Assembly (NCBI GenBank): GCA_963816395.1
Contig: CAWFKQ010000006.1
Span: forward strand, 192,001 to 256,000
Origin: an uncultured delta proteobacterium
GTDB taxonomy: Bacteria > Desulfobacterota > Desulfuromonadia > Desulfuromonadales > JACZKF01
Reading direction: 5' to 3'
DNA length: 64,000 nucleotides
The position numbers and the translations under genes were made by a program. The notes below the pieces were generated by a model, which worked only from the letters and a program-made list of their open reading frames with translations, did no database searches and was not told the DNA's origin. Shown one piece after another: positions 58,581 through 64,000 of this stretch. The first letter of the stretch is position 1. Each line of letters begins with the position of its first letter.

Positions 58581-60390
58581 ATGAAGAGCACTTTGCTGCT
58601 GCAGCCTGAAAAATCAACGATATCCGAAAAAAGGCTTCTCCCGGAGAGGCGATCCGAAGAGGCATCGGTGGCCGCTGCCGGGGGAGTCCGACGCGGCTTT
58701 CTGGCAGCCCTGCAGAGCCGGTTGGCAGCGGCGGCGGCTGGCACGGAGGAAAAGTTTCTCCTTCTCGGCAACCGGCTGGCCGATTTTCAGAGACGCTCGC
58801 GGGCGGTGGCCGGGCAGGCGACGGGCATCGCCAGCCTGCTGCCGGGGGAGGCGGCGGCTGAAACCCTCACCGGCCTGCAGTCGCTGATGGCGAGCCTGGG
58901 CCGGCACCAGGCGGAAATGGAACGCCTGGAGGATCAGGAGCGAACGGCGCTGGAGGGAATCGACGGCCTGCTGGAACGGCTCCTCGAGCCCCTGGCCGGA
59001 TTTCATAAGATCGTCAGAACCCTGCTGAATCTGGGCATCGCCACCCGGATCGAAACCTCCGGCAGTCACCTGGCTGGCAGCGGATTTCTCGTCCTTGCCG
59101 ATGAGCTGAAAGAGCTGGCGGGACTGATCGGCGGCCGCTCCGCTACTTGCCTGGAGCGGTTGCAGGGGGTCGGGGAGAGCTGCCGCGGTGCCAGGAAGAG
59201 ACTGGCCCAGGTCCAGTCGGGGCAGCAGGAAAAGGCGCGGGAACTGCTGCACCGGGGCGCGACCGCCCTCGACCTGCTGGTGCAGCGCACCTGGAGCACC
59301 ACTCGTCAGGCGAGCGAACTCTCCACCCGGACGGCCGGTTTTGCCGGGCATATCGGCGAAGTGGTCGCGTCCATCCAGTTCCAGGACATCGTGCGGCAAA
59401 AACTGATGCACGCACAGCTGGCCCTGGCCGATCTGGAAACCGCCAATCCGCAGGAGTCCGCCGCCGAATTCTGTGCTTTGCAGGCGGCGCAACTGCAGCA
59501 CGCCAGCACGGAACTGGCAGGGGCCGTACGGCAGATCATCGCCAGCCTGCGCTCCCTGGCCGGGGAAATCGGCCAAGTGGCGCAGCGCACCCGGGAAGTG
59601 GCCGGCATAACCGGCGCCGGCGGCGCCTCCGTCCTCCAGGAGGTCGCGGCCGTGATCGCCGCCATCACCCGACTGCTGCGGGAGGGGATGCACATCCGGC
59701 AGGAAGCGGCGGCGGCGATCGCGGACGGTGGCCGGGGCGATCGGCGATATGGCGGGTCTGCTGGAGGAGATCATTTCCCTGGGGGAAAAGATGAAGGTGG
59801 TGGCGCTGAACGCCGGCATTCTGGCGAGCCATGCGGGGAGGGAGGGGGCGGCCTTGGGGGTGATCGCCGAGGCGATCCAGCGGATGTCGGGCGAGGCTCT
59901 GGCCCTGACCGGAACCCTGGCCGGCGGGTGCCGGGAAATCATGACTTATGCCGATCACCTGGGTGAGGGAGAGAATTTCTCCGAGGAGCTTCCCGGAAGG
60001 CTCCTGGCGGATGCGACCGTCTTGCTGCAGCGACTGGAGGAGATCAACGGCAACCTCACGGGGCAGCTGCGGGAGATGGACACGGCTTCAGCGACCCTGG
60101 GCGGGGATCTGCGCCGGGTTGCCGCGGAAACCGACGTACACGAGGAGTTCACGCGGCGGATTGAAGAGATCCTGGAGCAGCTCAGGGGCTTCCGCTGGCA
60201 GCGCGCTGCCGGCGCCAGCCGTCAGGGCGGGCTGTTTCAGGGGCAACTGGAGCGCTACACGATGCGCAGTGAGCGCGAGGTTCACCAGGGGAAACGCCAG
60301 CTGCCGACGCGTGGCAAGGTTATCGACCTGCGGGAACTGCGGGAGAGCAGGCGCGGCAGCGAGCTGGGCGACAACGTAGAGCTTTTTTGA
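58581..60390 (+). CDS. Soluble methyl-accepting chemotaxis-like protein (frameshift near 59725)
   Basis: Coiled coil without TM; GFLVLADELK, QFQDIVRQKL, ALNAGI, YTMRSER; C-terminal DNVELF. Confidence 0.75.
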
Positions 60391-60426
60391 ATCCAAAAAC
60401 ACCCACAGCAGCAGGGGAGAAAGCGC

Positions 60427-60789
60427 ATGGAGCAGAGCAAGGAGCGGCCGGCGGCAAACGGCAGATGGCAATGGCAGGGGGAGATGACCATCCAGCGGGT
60501 GGTGGAACTGCGTCAGGAATTGATGCAGGCCCTGGAGCGGACGGACCGGCTGCTGATCGATCTGTCGGAAGTCACCGAAATCGACCCGGCCTGCCTGCAG
60601 TTGCTGTGCTCCGGGCATCGCACCGCCACGGCCTTGAACAAGGAACTGACTCTGCTCGGCAGCGGCAGACTGGGTGAAACCCTGCGGCACACCGGTTTCG
60701 TCCGCCACGTCGGCTGCGCGCAGGATTGCAATCACAGCTGCCTGTGGGTGGAAGAGCAGGCGGAGAGCAACGAAAAAGATAAGAGGTAA
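60427..60789 (+). CDS. STAS-domain protein
   Basis: GEMTI, IDLSEVTEID...LQLL. Confidence 0.8.
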   Translation: MEQSKERPAANGRWQWQGEMTIQRVVELRQELMQALERTDRLLIDLSEVTEIDPACLQLLCSGHRTATALNKELTLLGSGRLGETLRHTGFVRHVGCAQDCNHSCLWVEEQAESNEKDKR

Positions 60790-60796
60790 ATAGATC

Positions 60797-61162
60797 ATGG
60801 CGAAAAAAATCATGACCGTCGACGACTCGCCGACCATCCGGCAGATGCTCCATTTCACCCTGCAGGAGGCCGGCTACGAAATAGTGGAAGCGGAAGACGG
60901 CCAGGATGCCCTGGCCAAACTGGCAACCGAGCCGGTGCATATGCTCATCACCGACTTGAATATGCCGCGCATCGACGGCATCGGCCTGATTCGGGAAGTG
61001 CGCAAGAATCCAGCCTTCCGCTTCATCCCCATCATCATGCTGACCACCGAATCGCAGGAGGCGAAAAAGAACGAGGGGCGGGCGGCCGGGGCCTCCGGCT
61101 GGATCGTCAAACCGTTCAAGCCCGAGCAACTGCTGGCGGTGGTGCGGATGGTACTGGTATGA
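60797..61162 (+). CDS. cheY: Chemotaxis response regulator
   Basis: VDDS, TDLNMP, LTTES, WIVKPF. Confidence 0.92.
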   Translation: MAKKIMTVDDSPTIRQMLHFTLQEAGYEIVEAEDGQDALAKLATEPVHMLITDLNMPRIDGIGLIREVRKNPAFRFIPIIMLTTESQEAKKNEGRAAGASGWIVKPFKPEQLLAVVRMVLV

Positions 61163-63254
61163 ACCGTCACCTGGGCGATACTTTTCGCGAAGAGGCCCTG
61201 GAGATTCTTGCCGAGCTGGAGCAGGCCCTGCTCGAACTGGAGGAGCGCCCCGCCGATGGCGAGTGCATCGGCCGGGTTTTTCGCGCCCTGCATACGCTCA
61301 AGGGCTCCGGAGCGATGGCCGGCTTCGAGGCGGTCGCCGCCTTTGCCCACGAGCTGGAAACGACCTTCGAGCTCGTGCGCAGCGGCCGGCTCGCCGTCAG
61401 CCGTCCGCTGATCAATCTCACCCTGTCCGCCCGTGACCAGTTTCGGCGATCTGATCGAGGCGACCCAGGAAGACGACGGCGCGGCGCAAGCGGTGACTGA
61501 GATCGTGGCCGCTCTGCGCAGGCTGGCGGCCGGCTCCGCTGCTGCAGAAAGCAAGGCGACCACCGATTTCCGCCGCCACGGAGACCTATCGCATCCGCTT
61601 CCGCCCAGCCGCCGACCTCTTCCGCCGCGGGCTCAATCCGCAGAGCCTGCTGCGCGAACTGGAGCGTCTGGGAGAGTGCCGGGCGGTGGCGCAGGTGGAA
61701 AACATCCCGCACCTTGCCGAACTCGACCCCGAGAGCTGCTATCTCTACTGGGACGTGATTCTCAGCGCCGACTGCGGTCTTGACGCCATCCGCGACGTCT
61801 TCATCTTCGTCGAGGAGGACACCGAGGTGCGCGTGGAGCTGATCGACTCGGCCTGCCTCGCCGATAGCGGTACCGATTACAAGAAGCTCGGCGAAATTCT
61901 GGTCGAACGCGGCGACCTGTCCCTGGCGGATCTGCAGCGGATAATGGCCGAACGGGGGCGGCTGGGGGAGGCGCTGGTCGCCTCCGGGCTGGTCAGCGGC
62001 AGCCAGCTGGACGCGGCCCTGATCGAGCAGGAGCGGGTGCGCCAGCAGCGCCGCAGCCGGCAGGACGGCGAGGCGGCCGGCATCCGCGTGCGCTCGGAGA
62101 AGCTCGATGCCCTGGTCGATCTGATCGGCGAACTGGTCACCGTTCAGGCCCGCCTCAGCCAGCACGCCGCCGGCGGTGCCGACCCCGGCCTGCTGGTCAT
62201 CACCGAGGAGGTGGAGCGGCTCACCTGGGACTTGCGCGACCAGGTGCTCGGCATCCGCATGCTGCCCATCGGCACCACCTTCAGCCGCCTGCGGCGGCTG
62301 GTGCGCGATCTGGGCGAGGAACTCGGCAAGGAAATCGAGCTGATCACCGAAGGCGCCGAAACCGAGCTGGACAAGACGGTCATCGAGCGACTCTACGATC
62401 CCCTGGTGCACCTGATCCGCAACGGCATCGATCACGGCATCGAAGACCCCGCCGGGCGCCGGGACGCCGGCAAGCCGGCGCGGGGGCGCATCGTCCTCGC
62501 CGCTTCCCACTCCGGCGCCGACGTGACGCTGACGGTGGGCGACGATGGCCGGGGCCTGGATCGGGAGGCGATCCGGCGCCAGGCCGCGGCGCTGAACCTG
62601 CTGCCGGCTGACGGAGAAGCCACCGACCGGGAGCTGTTCAACCTGATTTTCCTCCCCGGTTTTTCCACGGCCGGGCAAGTGACCAGCGTTTCCGGCCGGG
62701 GCGTCGGCATGGACGTGGTCAAGCGGGCGGTGGACGGCCTTCGCGGGTCGATCGAAGTGGCCAGCCGTAAGGGCGAGGGGACTTCCTTCCTCATCCGCCT
62801 GCCGCTGACCCTGGCGATCATCGACGGTCTGCTGGTGCGGGTCGGCGACGGTTTCTACGTCCTGCCGCTGTCGGCGGTGGAGGAATGCATCGAACTGGGC
62901 CGGGAGGATCGAAAGAACGAGCGCAGACTGGTGCGGGTGCGGGGGGAGATCGTCCCCTACGTGCGGCTGCGGGAATTCTTCCAGATCGAAGGGACGGCCC
63001 CGGCGATCGAACAGGTGGTGGTGGTGCACGCCGAAGGGCAGCGTTTCGGGCTGGCGGTCGATTCGGTTATCGGCGGCCATCAGACGGTGATCAAGTCCCT
63101 GGGCAGGCTTTACCGGGAGGTGCCCGGGCTCTCCGGCGCCACCATCCTGGGCGACGGCACGGTGGCCCTGATCCTCGATCTGCCCCAGCTTGTCCAGATG
63201 GTTGAGGCCGCGGAAGGGATGCTGACGGAAGCATTTGCCCGGGTGAGGGGTTGA
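61159..63254 (+). CDS. cheA: Chemotaxis histidine kinase (frameshifts near 61440 and 61580)
   Basis: Hpt HTLKG, HLIRNGIDHG, DDGRG, GFSTA, GRGVGMDVV, CheW-like C-terminus. Confidence 0.92.
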
Positions 63255-63391
63255 ATTGGGTGGCATGAGGCGGCGGAGGTACGGTCAGAGGTTTTGGATA
63301 ACCTCTGCTCAACAGTAGACAACCCCGTGAGGTTTCGGGGCCGATCATAGCAACTAACGGTTTTAATCACTTGGGGAAGAGGGAGGAAAGC

Positions 63392-64000
63392 GTGAAGATT
63401 GCGGCTAAATTGGGGTTGGGATTCGGCCTGGTTGTTGCCATGCTGCTGGTGGTGGCCGGCACCGGCATTCTGCAGTTGCGCTGGGTCACCAGCGGCTACC
63501 AGGAGGACGTCGGGCAGGCCCAGAAAGCCAACGCCCTGGCCATGGAGGTCGATGCAGGCATTCTCGAAGTGCTGCGCAGCGAAAAGGATTTTATCGCCAC
63601 TCAGGATGAAAAGGCATACCAGCAGGGGCAGGGAATGCTCAAAAAGACCAGAGAGGCGGCCGAGGAACTGAGCCGGGTGGCGAGTACGGTGGATCCCAAG
63701 GTGGCTGAAAACGCCAGGGAAATTTTCCAAAATCTGGAAGGTTTCGGCGGCAAGTTCCAGGCGATGGTGGAAACCTCCAGAGTCCGGGGGTTCAGTGAGA
63801 ACGAAGGAGTACAACGAGAGTTTCGCGATGCCGTCCATGCGCTGGAGGCAGCTTTCGAAAAGCTTCAGCGCAACGAGTTGACCGTTCTGGTTCTGCAGAT
63901 GCGCCGGCATGAAAAAGATTACATGCTGCGCGGTGACGCCAAGTATGTCGACCTGACCCATGCCATGGTGGCGACCATCAAAGAGGAGGTGGGTAAAGCC
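63392..64000 (+). CDS. Methyl-accepting chemotaxis receptor, N-terminal part (truncated by window end)
   Basis: GTG start after GGAGG; MKIAAKLGLGFGLVV TM segment; periplasmic helical repeats (RSEKDF, RRHEKDY). Confidence 0.75.
   Translation, partial: MKIAAKLGLGFGLVVAMLLVVAGTGILQLRWVTSGYQEDVGQAQKANALAMEVDAGILEVLRSEKDFIATQDEKAYQQGQGMLKKTREAAEELSRVASTVDPKVAENAREIFQNLEGFGGKFQAMVETSRVRGFSENEGVQREFRDAVHALEAAFEKLQRNELTVLVLQMRRHEKDYMLRGDAKYVDLTHAMVATIKEEVGKA

Noticed and set aside
63320..63347. Sigma28 promoter before the MCP
   Set aside because: GCCGATCA resembles the -10 box but the -35 match is too weak to call.

Overview
GC-rich bacterial chromosome segment, most consistent with a Desulfuromonadales/Geobacterales-type deltaproteobacterium (icd-mdh-korDABC, comEC-GGDEF-hisS-aspS, glnK-amtB). 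Many genes, including hisS, carry single-base frameshifts, so this is probably an unpolished long-read assembly and the apparent pseudogenes and fusions are mostly artefacts. Bases 1-20573 are the 3' part of a large co-directional type II fatty-acid/polyketide cluster resembling aryl-polyene and 'ladderane-like' islands. It encodes 4 ketosynthases, 2 chain-length-factor-like subunits, 2 ACPs, 2 hotdog dehydratases, a thioesterase, a phytoene-desaturase-like FAD enzyme, 2 acyltransferases, a GT2-DUF2062 protein, MMPL, LolA, a lipoprotein and a PagL-like barrel. It also holds three tandem cobalamin-dependent radical SAM genes bracketed by near-perfect 28-bp inverted repeats. The rest of the window holds stress and NAD-salvage genes, a sigma54- and ANTAR-controlled glnK-amtB-porin operon, central TCA genes with palindromic operators, and a Hypr-type (probable 3',3'-cGAMP-forming) GGDEF enzyme. 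It ends with a sigma54 activator and a chemotaxis operon whose CheA carries a tandem MshEN-like motif. No rRNA, tRNA, CRISPR array or transposase was recognised.
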